DNA from: TPA_inf: Saccharomyces
Lineage: Eukaryota
Assembly: GCA_000146045.2 (NCBI GenBank)
Contig: BK006949.2
Location: 384,001-448,000 of the forward strand
Direction of reading: 5' to 3'
DNA length: 64,000 bases
Part shown: positions 1-12,572 of the stretch, in pieces
How positions within the stretch are numbered: the stretch's first letter is position 1
Layout: the number at the start of each line of letters is the position of its first letter
The notes under the pieces: generated by a model
What the model was told of the DNA's origin: nothing
The model's input: the letters and a program-made list of their open reading frames with translations, nothing else
Database searches by the model: none
Translations under genes and position numbers: made by a program

Positions 1-408
1 TATCACGTTCATGATTCATTTGCAAAGAAAAATCTTTTTATTACTATGGTTATGGGCATGATTCCTTTTGTCATTGGGTTCATTTGCTGGCAACTAGATA
101 TTCACCTGTGTTCTTTTTGGATCTATATCCGGAGAACATATTTGGCCCTGCCATTAGGTGTTCTATTGGAACTGCATGCTTGGTGGCATCTTTTGACCGG
201 TACTGGTGTCTATATCTTCGTCGTGTATTTGCAATATTTGAGAATATTAACCCATGGAAATCCAAATGACTTCTTATTTATATGGAGGTGGGGATTTTTC
301 CCTGAGCTGGTAAGAAAGGGCTTACCGATTGGTACTTCTTATTCACTGGAGTATCTGGGGCCAATTGTAAATACACAGGTAGATGATGAAACAAAAAAGA
401 ATAACTAA
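1..408 (+). CDS. YDC1: 3' portion of the alkaline dihydroceramidase gene (YPL087W). The ORF is open to the window start; the stop codon TAA is at 406-408.
   Basis: Reading frame is open from nt 1. The translation has the multi-pass hydrophobic C-terminus typical of YPC1/YDC1 ceramidases. Sits upstream of ELP3 as in the yeast chr XVI gene order. Confidence 0.75.
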
Positions 409-772
409 GGAGTGATTTTGTGCCATCCATTTGAATCTTCAAAATATATGTACGTATATGTTATGTATGTATATAAATTGTTGTACGTGCAATTGACCGA
501 ACGTGTATATTTGTATATAGATATGTGACAAACTAAAGAGCTTACACTTCGTTCCTTCCCTTCTGTTCACCTTTTTTTATTATGCCTGACTATTCTAAAA
601 TTTATGTTTATGTGGCGTAAAATATCTTTCTTCTGAAAACACATGCAGCAGTTACTCCCATCATAAAAGGAATTAATAAATGAATAGTATAAACAATTAT
701 TTACTTAAATATATTTAAATTTCTGCTTGGAAAACCGGCCATGTCGGCGGCACATAAAAGTTCTATTTACCT

Positions 773-2446
773 TTAAATTCTTTTCGACATGTATGGACCG
801 TCTAGTTCATATCCTAGTTTACCATAGTAATTTCTTACACCAACACCAGAAATAACAGAAATTTTCTCTGAACCATGCTCTTCCTTGGCGATTCTTTCCG
901 CTTCTTCCATCAATAGAGTACCAAACCCTTGATGCTGGAATTTACGAGGATCTCTTGAATGAAGTGGAACCACAGAACCATAAACATGCAATTCTCTAAC
1001 AATAGAAGTCCTCTGGGAGGTGAATTCTTTTCTATATGTATATTTCTTTGAAGCCTTTCTCAATCTCAGCAAACCAATCAGTATATCTTTCTTTGGATCT
1101 TCATATGATAAAAAGGTTTCCCAACCACCATTTGCATAGTAATCCCTTCTGATAAGCTCGACCTGATCTGGTTGAACTTTATGATGCACTTCTTGGATAC
1201 CCACTTCCCTAGTACGAACATCCCTACAAGTTGTACCCAAGTCCTTCATTCTAGCTAATGCCAATTCTCTCAAGTTACCATTGTCAACACCTGAGGTAAC
1301 CAAGGGCATTGGAATGTCTCTTTGGACACGGTAGATTCTTGTCCATGGGGGCACTAGGGCCAAGATTCTAGCAACTAAGTCCACTAAGGCGTTGGCACTA
1401 TAAGACTTATACCTGCCCGTTTTCCAAAGTTCGTATAAACCTGTACCCCTAATGACTAAAGTTGGATAGATTTTCAACCCATCAGTCCTAAAATCAGGAT
1501 TTTCAAAATACTCTTTGAACTGTTCAATATCTCTTTCCATCCCAACATTTGGTAAATCTGGCATCATGTGAGAAACAACCTTATAACCAGCATCTTTAGA
1601 CACAGCAAAAGTTTCACAAACAGACCTAACGGTGTGTCCTCTATTAGTATCACGAGCAACGTCTTCGTACAAGGACTGAACACCAATTTCTAATCTGGTA
1701 CAGCCATATTTTAACATATCGTCCAAATGTGTTTGCGTACAATAATCAGGCCTAGTTTCGATTGTTATACCAACACACTTCGTTAAACTTTGTTGCGAAT
1801 AAAGAATAGCTTCATCAATATCATTACCATTGAACCCAGAAAGTGCATTATGCAATTTCACAATAAAATCTTCACGATATTCTTTTGGTAATGACATAAA
1901 TGTACCACCCATCAGAACATATTCGACTTTATCGATGGAGTGACCTAACTGTTTCAATTGTTCCACCCTACCACGTGCTTGTTCATAAGGGTCATAACGA
2001 GCTCTGATGGCACGCATTGAAGTTGGTTCATAGCCTGTGTAAGATTGTGTAGAATACTCAAAATCTGAATCTGGACCACCTGGACAATAAACACAAATAT
2101 TACCTGTATATGCAATGTGAGGACAACGATGTGGTTTACACATAACGGCTACCACTGCAATACCCGATGCTGTTCTTACTGGCTTAGCCTTCAATTTGGG
2201 TAATAAATATTTTTTGTATTGGTCTGGAATAGAATTAATGATATCGGTTAACCTTGGTTGTTGCTTTAGTTTATATTTCTTTGAATATTTAGTAATCAAA
2301 CCATTCAGATTAATTTCTCTTGTTGTTCCCGAGGTTAAAGAATCTGTTAACTCTAATGTGATATCAGCACAACATTGTATAAACCTTTCCTTTTCAGGTG
2401 CTAGCTTTTTTTTGTTAGTTTTTGGGCCTTTTCCATGACGAGCCAT
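773..2446 (-). CDS. ELP3: Elongator catalytic subunit, radical-SAM plus GNAT acetyltransferase (557 aa).
   Basis: 557-aa ORF starting [14 protein letters not shown]. Contains the radical-SAM Cys cluster ([17 protein letters not shown]) and a C-terminal GNAT-like region. Length matches yeast Elp3. Confidence 0.93.
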   Translation of the reverse strand: MARHGKGPKTNKKKLAPEKERFIQCCADITLELTDSLTSGTTREINLNGLITKYSKKYKLKQQPRLTDIINSIPDQYKKYLLPKLKAKPVRTASGIAVVAVMCKPHRCPHIAYTGNICVYCPGGPDSDFEYSTQSYTGYEPTSMRAIRARYDPYEQARGRVEQLKQLGHSIDKVEYVLMGGTFMSLPKEYREDFIVKLHNALSGFNGNDIDEAILYSQQSLTKCVGITIETRPDYCTQTHLDDMLKYGCTRLEIGVQSLYEDVARDTNRGHTVRSVCETFAVSKDAGYKVVSHMMPDLPNVGMERDIEQFKEYFENPDFRTDGLKIYPTLVIRGTGLYELWKTGRYKSYSANALVDLVARILALVPPWTRIYRVQRDIPMPLVTSGVDNGNLRELALARMKDLGTTCRDVRTREVGIQEVHHKVQPDQVELIRRDYYANGGWETFLSYEDPKKDILIGLLRLRKASKKYTYRKEFTSQRTSIVRELHVYGSVVPLHSRDPRKFQHQGFGTLLMEEAERIAKEEHGSEKISVISGVGVRNYYGKLGYELDGPYMSKRI

Positions 2447-3066
2447 CTTTGTCAGGGTGTTCTTCGATTTTCCTTAGGTGCTTTTAGGACTTGTTTATTT
2501 CAAAACTTTGCACTGGATAATTTGAGATGAGCTAACTAAATTTCAAAATTTTTTGACCATTTTTTTTTTTTCATGAGGAAGAGCCAGTGACAGTAAATAA
2601 TAAAAGGTGAAATGATTAAACAATGAAAGCGGCAGAAAAATAAAATCAAACAGTGGCAGTATTGACTTTTGAAAATCAGAAGTTCATCCTAAGTTAAGAC
2701 TTTCTTCTTTTAAGTGCTTTCTCCTTCTCTCACTGTCTTATCGCTGTATATCTCATTGTTGAATAATATAACACAACGTTATAAGTGATCATCACTTTCT
2801 GATCCATAATTTCAAACCTCAAGCGACCGTACATGTGGCATTTTCCACTATAAACTTACGAGCAAGAGAAAGATATACGGAAAAGGTTAATTGGCAGGTT
2901 ACACAAGATTTTGGTCATTGAATATTTGCAGCCCTCCTGCTTGAGAAACTGGACAACAACTGTTATCAATATTCCCTTTTCAAAATAGTGGTATTTAACT
3001 GGCCATAACCAAGGAAACCGTTGTACCTATTATTTTGTATAGTCTTCATTTAATAACGTGTTAAGA

Positions 3067-6000
3067 ATGACACCTGAAGCCAAGAAAAGGAAAAACCAAA
3101 AGAAGAAGTTGAAGCAAAAGCAAAAAAAAGCTGCTGAGAAAGCTGCTAGCCACAGTGAAGAACCACTTGAATTACCAGAAAGTACGATTAACAGCAGCTT
3201 CAACGACGACTCGGTGAACCGTACAGAATCTGACATAGCTTCAAAATCTGATGTTCCTCCGGTCTCATCATCTACCAATATCTCTCCGGCTAATGAAACA
3301 CAACTAGAAATACCTGATACTCAAGAATTGCATCATAAACTGCTCAACGACTCTGATCAACATGATATTACCGCGGACTCAAATGATTTGCCAGACAACT
3401 CAATCGTTGAACATGACTCTGTTATTACCCAAACAAAACCAGCCATGTCTCAAGAATACGAAGAGACTGCCGCTCACTTATCTTCGAGAAATCCATCGCT
3501 CGATGTAGTCGCGGGAGAACTTCACAATAATAATGAACATACCCAGAAAATTGCCGTATCCGCTGTGGAAGAGGATTCTTTCAATGAAGAAGAGGGTGAA
3601 AATCACGACAGCATAATAATTTCATCATTAAACGATGCTACCCCTTCTCAATATAATCATTTTCTCCCATCCGATGGCAATCTTCTTTCTCCAGAATTAT
3701 CTTCTGGTGATACGCCAACTCACAATGTTCCTCTAGGCACAAAAGACAATGAAATAAATGACGATGAGTATTGTAATGATAAGGAAATTAGTTTGAACGC
3801 AAATAATGTGCTTCCTGATGAACTTTCAAAGGAAGAAGATGAAAGATTAAAACTAGAAACGCATGTATCAACCGAAGAAAAGAAACAGGATATCGCTGAT
3901 CAGGAAACTGCAGAAAACTTATTTACGTCTAGTACAGAACCATCTGAGAATAAAATAAGAAATTCTGGTGATGATACCTCCATGTTGTTTCAAGATGACG
4001 AAAGTGATCAGAAGGTTCCATGGGAGGAAGATGTGAAGAAAGATTTTCATAATGAGAACACAAATAATACTCAAGAATCGGCACCGAACACAGATGATCG
4101 TGATAAGGGTTATGAAGGAAACGAAGCTTTGAAAAAGTCCGAAAGTTGTACAGCCGCGGACGAGAGGTCGTACTCTGAAGAAACTTCAGAAGATATCTTT
4201 CACGGACACGACAAACAGGTAGTTGAAGGCCAAAATGATTTCACTGGGAAAAATATTGAGAATGAAAGCCAGAAATTAATGGGGGAAGGGAATCATAAGT
4301 TACCGTTGTCTGCCGAAGCTGACATTATAGAACCTGGTAAGGATATTCAAGATCAAGCCGAGGATTTGTTTACGCAGAGCAGCGGAGACTTGGGAGAAGT
4401 TTTGCCATGGGAATCTACTGATAAAAACGCTGATGTAACGAGCAAATCCCAAGAGAAACATGAAGATTTATTTGCTGCTTCTGGAAACGATGAGAAACTT
4501 CCTTGGGAAGTTTCTGACGGTGAAGTATCATCGGGAAAGACGGAAAACAGCATGCAGACTAGTACTGAGAAAATAGCTGAGCAAAAGTTTTCGTTTTTGG
4601 AAAACGACGACGACCTTTTGGACGACGACGACAGCTTTTTGGCTTCTTCTGAGGAAGAAGACACAGTACCTAATACCGATAATACAACGAATTTAACCTC
4701 AAAACCAGTTGAAGAAAAAAAGGCTTCAAGATATAAACCTATTATCGAGGAGGAAGCAGGAATGCGTCAAGAGCAAGTTCATTTTACCAATACTACTGGC
4801 ATTGTAACACCGCAGCAGTTCCACGGTTTGACTAAAACTGGACTAGGCACCCCCAACCAACAAGTCAGTGTACCAAATATAGTTAGTCCTAAGCCTCCTG
4901 TGGTAAAAGACAATCGTTCAAATTTTAAGATAAATGAGGAGAAAAAGAAGTCTGATGCTTACGATTTTCCACTGGAAATTATTTCAGAAAGTTCCAAGAA
5001 GGGTCACGCAAAGCCGGTTGCCGTTCCTACTCAAAGGTTTGGCTCAGGGAATTCTTTTAGTTCTTTGGACAAACCAATTCCACAGAGCAGGAAAGGCTCT
5101 AATAACTCAAATAGGCCACCCGTGATCCCATTGGGGACGCAGGAGCCTCGATCTTCGAGAACTAACTCAGCGATCTCGCAATCTCCCGTTAATTATGCTT
5201 TCCCTAACCCATACAAAATTCAACAACTACAACAGGCTCCTATCCAATCAGGTATGCCTTTACCAAATACCAACATACCTCCCCCAGCATTAAAAGTGGA
5301 AACCACCGTTTCTGCTCCTCCAATTCGGGCAAGAGGGGTCAGCAATGCCTCCGTGGGAAGTTCAGCGTCTTTTGGTGCTAGACATGCAACACAGTACGGC
5401 CTCAATAACGGGGTACCTCCGGTTTCGCCATATGGTCAAGCTACCATAAATTTGCCAACTGCGAATAAGTATGCCCCCGTCTCTCCTACAGTTCAGCAGA
5501 AGCAATATCCATCAGTTGTGCAAAACCTTGGCGCTTCGGCCGTAAATACCCCCAATTTTGTAAAGACCCATAGAGGCCATACAAGCTCTATTAGTTCGTA
5601 TACACCAAACCAGAATGAACACGCCTCTAGATACGCACCCAACTATCAACAATCTTATCAGGTGCCATATACCTCACAACCTGTTGGTCCTGTAGCTGGG
5701 AATTCAAGCTATCAAAGCCAAACCCGAAGTTCTTATGCAGTTCCTATGATGCCCCAGGCTCAAACTTCAGCAAGTATTCAGCCTCACGCGAACATTCAAC
5801 CGCCTACTGGCATTTTACCTTTAGCCCCCTTACGACCTCTAGACCCCTTACAAGCCGCTACGAACTTGCAACCCCGTGCAAGCAACATAACGGCTGCAAA
5901 TTCACTACCTCTTGCAAATTTGCCACTTGCTGAAAACATACTGCCAGAAATTATCACGCATCGAGCTACAAGTAGTGTTGCACCACCACGACAGGAAAAT

Positions 6001-9000
6001 AATCCAATTAAAATAGACAACGAGGCTTTATTACGCCGTCAATTTCCGATTTTTCATTGGAGTGCTGCAAACAAGGTCGTGTACGCAGTCCCCCCTATCC
6101 CTGACCAATCGCAGTACATGATTTCATCAAGCATTGTACAGGAAATAAAAGTGACACCAATTGACCAGATAATTAAACCGAACGATATGCTCAAAAGCTT
6201 CCCAGGTCCTTTGGGTAGTGCCAAATTAAAAAAAAAGGATTTAACCAAATGGATGGAAACCACTATTAAATCCATATCTGAAAATGAATCATCCACTGAT
6301 ATGACTATATGGCAACTATTGGAAATGAAACTAAACGATAAAGTTAACTGGAAAAATATTTCAAAACTACTATACAATTCTGACGAACTTTTAATGTACC
6401 TATCTCAGCCCTTTCCAAACGGTGACATGATTCCAAATGCATATAGACTGGATATAAATTGTCAGATGAGAGTCCTGGCGTTCTTACAAACGGGAAATCA
6501 CGATGAGGCACTTCGCTTAGCTTTAAGCAAGAGGGATTATGCCATTGCACTATTGGTTGGCAGTTTAATGGGTAAAGACAGATGGTCTGAAGTCATTCAG
6601 AAATATTTATATGAAGGGTTTACTGCGGGGCCAAACGACCAAAAAGAATTGGCACACTTTCTGCTCCTTATCTTTCAAGTATTTGTTGGTAACTCCAAAA
6701 TGGCCATAAAAAGTTTCTACACTAATAATGAGACCAGTCAATGGGCATCCGAAAACTGGAAGAGTATCGTTGCAGCTGTTCTGATTAATATCCCAGAAAA
6801 TAATGAAGATCCACTACTTATACCACCTGTTGTCCTTGAATTTTTGATAGAGTTCGGTATATTCCTCACCAAAAAGGGCTTGACAGCCGCAGCTAGTACA
6901 TTATTTATTATTGGTAACGTACCACTTTCTAATGAGCCAGTAATGGCAGATTCAGACGTTATATTTGAAAGTATTGGAAACATGAATACTTTTGAAAGCA
7001 TTCTATGGGATGAAATCTACGAGTATATATTCTCGTATGACCCTAAATTCAAAGGATTTTCATCTATTTTGCCCCAGAAGATATACCATGCATCTCTTTT
7101 ACAAGAACAAGGTTTGAACAGCCTGGGGACAAAGTATACTGATTACCTCAGTTCCTCAGTTCGAAAACTGCCTAAGAAAGATATTTTAACAATAAACCTC
7201 ACTCGTGAATTGAGTGAGGTGGCTAGTAGGCTTTCCGAGTCTAATACAGGATGGCTTGCAAAACCAAAACTAAGCAGCGTATGGGGTCAATTAGATAAAT
7301 CCTTCAATAAATATATTGGTGGCGATGATATTGATGCATTGAATAAAAAAAATGATAAAAAGAAAGTTTTTGATGGGTTCACACCGGGATCTTCTGCCAA
7401 TTCGTCAACTGTGGATCTCACCCAAACATTCACACCTTTCCAAGCTCAAGTTACTTCGCAAAGCTATGTGGATACTACAGCTCTTTTGCATAATGCCCAT
7501 AATGTACCAAGCCATAGTGTGCTGCATTCAAAGCCTTCCAATGTGTCAAAGGGGTTAGTTGAAGCAAACTTACCGTATACGCATAGGATCGGTGATAGTT
7601 TGCAGGGATCTCCTCAGCGCATTCATAATACACAGTTCGCTGCTGCTGAGCCTCAAATGGCTTCTTTGAGAAGAGTTAGAACAGACCAGCATACAAACGA
7701 AAAGGCTTTGAAGAGTCAGCAGATTTTAGAGAAAAAGTCTACGGCCTACACTCCACAATTTGGACAGAACCATAGCGTTCCAATGGAAAAGTCTAATTCG
7801 AATGTGCCATCTTTATTTGCCGACTTCCCTGCTCCACCCAAACTTGGAACAGTGCCGTCTAATTATGTGTCTAGTCCTGACTTAGTAAGAAGGGAGTCTA
7901 TCATATCTACCGGATCAGAATTTCTTCCTCCTCCCAAAATTGGGGTACCTACTAAAGCTAATTCCTCGCAGGGATCGCTTATGTACTCACCAAGTGTGGA
8001 AGCTTTGCCTATCGACCCTGTCGTCCCGCAAGTTCATGAGACGGGATACAATGATTTTGGTAACAAACATTCTCAAAAAAGTATGCCTGAAGATGAATCT
8101 CACACATCACATGATAATAGCAATGCTGATCAAAATACATTAAAAGACTCTGCAGATGTTACAGATGAAACAATGGATATTGAAGGACCTGGCTTCAACG
8201 ATGTGAAGAATCTTCTTCCTATGGAGCCCAACCACCAGCCTACGTCTACAGTAAATCCTATACAAACTATTAGTGACGATATCCAACCGATTCTTCAAAC
8301 TAACGTGGAGGTCCGGGGTACTGATGCATCGAAAATGGAAAATTCACTTCCCTCCATTGAAAATGAAAGAAGTAGCGAGGAGCAGCCAGAAAACATTTCA
8401 AAATCAGCATCATCAGCATATTTACCATCAACTGGTGGATTGTCACTCGAAAACAGACCGCTAACTCAGGATGAAAACAGTATCTCAGAGACAGTTCAAT
8501 CCACATACTTGCCAGCAGGAAGTATTTCAATGGAAGCTAAACCAATTTCTCAAGTGCAAGATGTTCCAAGAAATGTTAATAATAAAGCATCCAAACTTGT
8601 GGAGCAACATATGGCACCACCAAAGCCAAAAAGTACTGACGCAACCAAAATGAACTACTCACCATACGTGCCTCAATCAACTGCCGCTAGTGCAGATGGC
8701 GATGAATCAACGATTCTGAAAACATCGCCTGCTATATATGCAAGAACTCACCAAGCACATGCATCCAATCCATCACAATACTTTCCTTTGGTCAACCAAG
8801 CAAATGAAACTGCTTCATTCGAATTATCTGAATCAACATCCCAGGCACAAAGTAATGGAAATGTTGCTTCAGAAAATAGATTCAGCCCAATAAAGAAAGC
8901 CGAAGTCGTCGAGAAAGACACTTTTCAACCTACTATTAGGAAGGCTTCAACTAACCAATACAGGGCTTTTAAACCGTTGGAATCAGATGCGGATAAATAC

Positions 9001-9654
9001 AATGACGTTATTGAAGATGAATCCGATGACGACAATATGTCTACTGATGAGGCAAAGAACAGAAAGGAAGAAAAAAAGAATGTGAATATGAAAAAGGAAA
9101 CAAAACCAAGTAACAAGGACATAGATGACAAGTCTAATGGTTGGTTTGGTTGGTTGAAGAAAGATACTGGCGACAAAAAAGTGTATAAGGCCAAGCTAGG
9201 TCATAAAAACACACTATACTATGATGAAAAATTGAAACGTTGGGTGAATAAGGACGCAACCGAAGAGGAAAAACAAAAAATTATTGAAAGTTCGGCACCA
9301 CCACCTCCTCCAATCGTGAAACGTAAAGATGGCGGCCCAAAGACAAAGCCACGTTCAGGCCCCATCAATAATTCCCTACCTCCAGTACATGCCACATCAG
9401 TTATTCCGAACAATCCAATCACTGGTGAGCCTTTGCCGATCAAAACATCCCCTTCTCCTACAGGACCCAATCCAAACAATTCTCCATCACCATCCTCTCC
9501 CATATCAAGGATTTCTGGCGTAAACTTGACTAGCAAAAAGGCAAACGGTTTGGATGATTTATTGAGTTTGGCAGGAGGACCCAAACCAGCAAGTACGAGA
9601 AGGAAGAAGAAAACAGCGAGAGGCTATGTTAATGTAATGGATAACATACAATAA
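3067..9654 (+). CDS. SEC16: COPII coat and ER-exit-site scaffold protein Sec16. The six-frame ORF begins at 3058 (MLRM...). The annotated protein is likely 2195 aa, starting at the second Met (MTPEAKKRK...).
   Basis: ORF of about 2.2k aa with a long S/T/P/Q/N-rich low-complexity region and a conserved central domain. Size and position between ELP3 and BRO1 match SEC16. Confidence 0.9.
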   Translation: MTPEAKKRKNQKKKLKQKQKKAAEKAASHSEEPLELPESTINSSFNDDSVNRTESDIASKSDVPPVSSSTNISPANETQLEIPDTQELHHKLLNDSDQHDITADSNDLPDNSIVEHDSVITQTKPAMSQEYEETAAHLSSRNPSLDVVAGELHNNNEHTQKIAVSAVEEDSFNEEEGENHDSIIISSLNDATPSQYNHFLPSDGNLLSPELSSGDTPTHNVPLGTKDNEINDDEYCNDKEISLNANNVLPDELSKEEDERLKLETHVSTEEKKQDIADQETAENLFTSSTEPSENKIRNSGDDTSMLFQDDESDQKVPWEEDVKKDFHNENTNNTQESAPNTDDRDKGYEGNEALKKSESCTAADERSYSEETSEDIFHGHDKQVVEGQNDFTGKNIENESQKLMGEGNHKLPLSAEADIIEPGKDIQDQAEDLFTQSSGDLGEVLPWESTDKNADVTSKSQEKHEDLFAASGNDEKLPWEVSDGEVSSGKTENSMQTSTEKIAEQKFSFLENDDDLLDDDDSFLASSEEEDTVPNTDNTTNLTSKPVEEKKASRYKPIIEEEAGMRQEQVHFTNTTGIVTPQQFHGLTKTGLGTPNQQVSVPNIVSPKPPVVKDNRSNFKINEEKKKSDAYDFPLEIISESSKKGHAKPVAVPTQRFGSGNSFSSLDKPIPQSRKGSNNSNRPPVIPLGTQEPRSSRTNSAISQSPVNYAFPNPYKIQQLQQAPIQSGMPLPNTNIPPPALKVETTVSAPPIRARGVSNASVGSSASFGARHATQYGLNNGVPPVSPYGQATINLPTANKYAPVSPTVQQKQYPSVVQNLGASAVNTPNFVKTHRGHTSSISSYTPNQNEHASRYAPNYQQSYQVPYTSQPVGPVAGNSSYQSQTRSSYAVPMMPQAQTSASIQPHANIQPPTGILPLAPLRPLDPLQAATNLQPRASNITAANSLPLANLPLAENILPEIITHRATSSVAPPRQENNPIKIDNEALLRRQFPIFHWSAANKVVYAVPPIPDQSQYMISSSIVQEIKVTPIDQIIKPNDMLKSFPGPLGSAKLKKKDLTKWMETTIKSISENESSTDMTIWQLLEMKLNDKVNWKNISKLLYNSDELLMYLSQPFPNGDMIPNAYRLDINCQMRVLAFLQTGNHDEALRLALSKRDYAIALLVGSLMGKDRWSEVIQKYLYEGFTAGPNDQKELAHFLLLIFQVFVGNSKMAIKSFYTNNETSQWASENWKSIVAAVLINIPENNEDPLLIPPVVLEFLIEFGIFLTKKGLTAAASTLFIIGNVPLSNEPVMADSDVIFESIGNMNTFESILWDEIYEYIFSYDPKFKGFSSILPQKIYHASLLQEQGLNSLGTKYTDYLSSSVRKLPKKDILTINLTRELSEVASRLSESNTGWLAKPKLSSVWGQLDKSFNKYIGGDDIDALNKKNDKKKVFDGFTPGSSANSSTVDLTQTFTPFQAQVTSQSYVDTTALLHNAHNVPSHSVLHSKPSNVSKGLVEANLPYTHRIGDSLQGSPQRIHNTQFAAAEPQMASLRRVRTDQHTNEKALKSQQILEKKSTAYTPQFGQNHSVPMEKSNSNVPSLFADFPAPPKLGTVPSNYVSSPDLVRRESIISTGSEFLPPPKIGVPTKANSSQGSLMYSPSVEALPIDPVVPQVHETGYNDFGNKHSQKSMPEDESHTSHDNSNADQNTLKDSADVTDETMDIEGPGFNDVKNLLPMEPNHQPTSTVNPIQTISDDIQPILQTNVEVRGTDASKMENSLPSIENERSSEEQPENISKSASSAYLPSTGGLSLENRPLTQDENSISETVQSTYLPAGSISMEAKPISQVQDVPRNVNNKASKLVEQHMAPPKPKSTDATKMNYSPYVPQSTAASADGDESTILKTSPAIYARTHQAHASNPSQYFPLVNQANETASFELSESTSQAQSNGNVASENRFSPIKKAEVVEKDTFQPTIRKASTNQYRAFKPLESDADKYNDVIEDESDDDNMSTDEAKNRKEEKKNVNMKKETKPSNKDIDDKSNGWFGWLKKDTGDKKVYKAKLGHKNTLYYDEKLKRWVNKDATEEEKQKIIESSAPPPPPIVKRKDGGPKTKPRSGPINNSLPPVHATSVIPNNPITGEPLPIKTSPSPTGPNPNNSPSPSSPISRISGVNLTSKKANGLDDLLSLAGGPKPASTRRKKKTARGYVNVMDNIQ

Positions 9655-10037
9655 TTATAGTAATACGTTTTTCTTTCATGGTACCCTTATGCCTTCCCTT
9701 TTCTTGATGTATATTATATACTTATAAAAACCGTAGTAAATTTTATTAAAACAATGATTACAGGAATCCGTATTTAGGTTATGCATCGTTGTCAGTAAGA
9801 AATCAGATGAATGCGATCTGAAACTTTGCTTATACTAATATTATTCTATCATACCTCATTTTCTTGCTTCGATTAATGCAGGACGCCGGTTCCGGGTTAG
9901 GATCACCGAGAAACAGAAAGCAAGCAAGGCTTCAGTTACAATTCGAAGAAGTACTAAGGGGGTTGTCGTGGAAAAATCTTGAATCAGAAAGCGGCTGACT
10001 GGAGCATTACTAGGTTCATTACTCACTGGTTCTACTC

Positions 10038-12572
10038 ATGAAACCTTACTTATTTGACCTAAAGCTAAAAGACACAGAGAAGCTGGATTGGAAAAAAGGC
10101 CTCTCCTCATATCTCAAGAAATCATACGGCTCCTCACAATGGAGAACATTTTATGATGAGAAAGCTACTTCAGAACTGGATCACTTAAGGAATAATGCAA
10201 ATGGAGAACTAGCACCTTCTTCATTGTCGGAACAAAATCTAAAATATTACTCATTTTTGGAGCATCTTTATTTTCGCCTGGGTAGCAAAGGATCAAGATT
10301 AAAAATGGATTTCACTTGGTATGACGCAGAATACTCATCGGCCCAGAAAGGATTGAAATACACGCAACATACGTTAGCATTTGAAAAGTCTTGTACTTTG
10401 TTCAACATTGCTGTAATCTTTACCCAAATTGCGAGGGAGAATATCAATGAGGACTACAAAAACTCAATCGCAAATTTGACAAAAGCTTTTTCCTGTTTTG
10501 AATATCTATCAGAAAATTTTTTGAACTCACCTTCAGTCGATCTTCAGTCAGAAAACACTAGGTTTCTGGCTAATATTTGCCATGCAGAAGCTCAAGAATT
10601 GTTTGTCTTGAAATTATTAAATGATCAAATATCATCCAAGCAATATACATTAATCAGTAAACTTTCTAGAGCCACGTGTAACCTCTTTCAGAAATGTCAC
10701 GATTTTATGAAAGAAATAGATGACGATGTGGCCATTTATGGTGAACCCAAATGGAAAACGACAGTTACTTGCAAACTGCATTTCTACAAATCGTTAAGCG
10801 CTTATTATCACGGTTTACACCTTGAAGAAGAAAATAGAGTTGGCGAAGCAATTGCTTTTCTCGATTTTTCTATGCAACAATTGATTTCATCCCTTCCATT
10901 CAAAACGTGGTTAGTGGAATTTATAGACTTTGATGGGTTTAAAGAAACTTTAGAAAAGAAACAAAAGGAGTTGATTAAAGATAACGATTTTATATATCAT
11001 GAAAGCGTTCCAGCCGTTGTGCAGGTTGATTCCATTAAGGCGCTCGATGCAATAAAATCTCCAACATGGGAGAAGATATTAGAACCATATATGCAAGATG
11101 TTGCAAATAAATGTGACTCTTTGTACAGAGGAATTATTCCCCTAGATGTCTATGAAAAGGAAAGTATTTACTCAGAAGAAAAAGCGACGCTGTTGAGAAA
11201 GCAAGTTGAAGAAACTGAGACAGCAAATTTGGAATATTCTTCCTTCATCGAATTTACAAATCTACCCAGGCTCTTGAGTGATTTGGAAAAACAATTTAGT
11301 GACGGAAATATTTTCTCGAATACGGATACACAGGGACAATTGATGAGGGACCAAATTCAGACATGGTGTAAATTTATCCAAACAAATGAATTTAGGGATA
11401 TAGAAGAACAGATGAACAAAATTGTTTTCAAAAGGAAACAAATTTTAGAAATCCTTTCTGCCTTACCCAATGATCAAAAAGAAAATGTTACAAAACTAAA
11501 ATCTTCTTTAGTAGCTGCTTCAAACTCAGACGAAAAATTGTTCGCATGCGTAAAACCACATATTGTCGAGATCAATCTATTGAATGACAATGGAAAAATA
11601 TGGAAGAAGTTTGACGAATTTAATCGCAATACGCCTCCACAACCTAGCCTATTGGATATCGATGATACCAAAAACGACAAGATATTAGAGTTGTTAAAAC
11701 AAGTAAAGGGCCATGCGGAAGACTTAAGAACATTGAAAGAGGAACGTTCGAGAAATTTGTCTGAACTAAGAGACGAAATCAACAACGATGATATCACAAA
11801 ATTATTAATTATTAATAAGGGGAAATCCGATGTTGAGCTCAAAGATTTATTCGAGGTGGAACTGGAGAAATTCGAGCCTTTGAGCACAAGAATAGAGGCG
11901 ACAATTTACAAACAATCTTCAATGATAGATGACATCAAAGCCAAGCTAGATGAAATTTTTCACCTTTCAAATTTCAAGGATAAATCTTCTGGGGAAGAAA
12001 AATTTTTAGAAGATCGTAAGAATTTTTTTGATAAGCTGCAAGAAGCAGTGAAATCATTCAGTATTTTTGCATCCGACTTGCCAAAAGGAATAGAGTTCTA
12101 TGATTCATTATTCAATATGAGTAGAGACTTAGCAGAAAGAGTGAGAGTTGCAAAGCAGACCGAGGATTCAACAGCTAATTCTCCCGCTCCTCCCCTCCCT
12201 CCACTTGATTCTAAAGCGTCTGTCGTTGGGGGTCCTCCATTACTGCCCCAAAAAAGTGCAGCCTTTCAGTCATTATCTAGACAAGGGCTCAATTTAGGGG
12301 ACCAATTTCAAAATCTCAAAATAAGTGCCGGCAGTGATTTACCTCAAGGACCCGGTATTCCACCAAGAACTTATGAAGCTTCGCCATATGCTGCAACGCC
12401 TACTATGGCAGCCCCACCAGTACCACCGAAACAATCGCAAGAGGATATGTACGACTTGAGAAGACGTAAAGCAGTTGAAAACGAAGAACGTGAACTGCAA
12501 GAGAATCCTACGTCCTTTTACAATAGACCCTCTGTTTTTGATGAAAATATGTACTCCAAATACAGCAGTTAG
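10038..12572 (+). CDS. BRO1: Bro1-domain ESCRT-associated protein (844 aa).
   Basis: 844-aa ORF with an N-terminal Bro1 domain and a Pro-rich C-terminus (PPLPPLD, PPVPPKQ). Length is exactly that of yeast Bro1. Confidence 0.9.
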   Translation: MKPYLFDLKLKDTEKLDWKKGLSSYLKKSYGSSQWRTFYDEKATSELDHLRNNANGELAPSSLSEQNLKYYSFLEHLYFRLGSKGSRLKMDFTWYDAEYSSAQKGLKYTQHTLAFEKSCTLFNIAVIFTQIARENINEDYKNSIANLTKAFSCFEYLSENFLNSPSVDLQSENTRFLANICHAEAQELFVLKLLNDQISSKQYTLISKLSRATCNLFQKCHDFMKEIDDDVAIYGEPKWKTTVTCKLHFYKSLSAYYHGLHLEEENRVGEAIAFLDFSMQQLISSLPFKTWLVEFIDFDGFKETLEKKQKELIKDNDFIYHESVPAVVQVDSIKALDAIKSPTWEKILEPYMQDVANKCDSLYRGIIPLDVYEKESIYSEEKATLLRKQVEETETANLEYSSFIEFTNLPRLLSDLEKQFSDGNIFSNTDTQGQLMRDQIQTWCKFIQTNEFRDIEEQMNKIVFKRKQILEILSALPNDQKENVTKLKSSLVAASNSDEKLFACVKPHIVEINLLNDNGKIWKKFDEFNRNTPPQPSLLDIDDTKNDKILELLKQVKGHAEDLRTLKEERSRNLSELRDEINNDDITKLLIINKGKSDVELKDLFEVELEKFEPLSTRIEATIYKQSSMIDDIKAKLDEIFHLSNFKDKSSGEEKFLEDRKNFFDKLQEAVKSFSIFASDLPKGIEFYDSLFNMSRDLAERVRVAKQTEDSTANSPAPPLPPLDSKASVVGGPPLLPQKSAAFQSLSRQGLNLGDQFQNLKISAGSDLPQGPGIPPRTYEASPYAATPTMAAPPVPPKQSQEDMYDLRRRKAVENEERELQENPTSFYNRPSVFDENMYSKYSS

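Noticed and set aside
4353-4664. 103-aa minus-strand ORF (Ser-rich) inside SEC16, with similar antisense ORFs at 6054-6377 and 9219-9584
   Set aside because: They lie antisense to the low-complexity acidic and Pro-rich parts of SEC16. Reverse-complement reading of repetitive codons avoids stops by chance, and there are no motifs.
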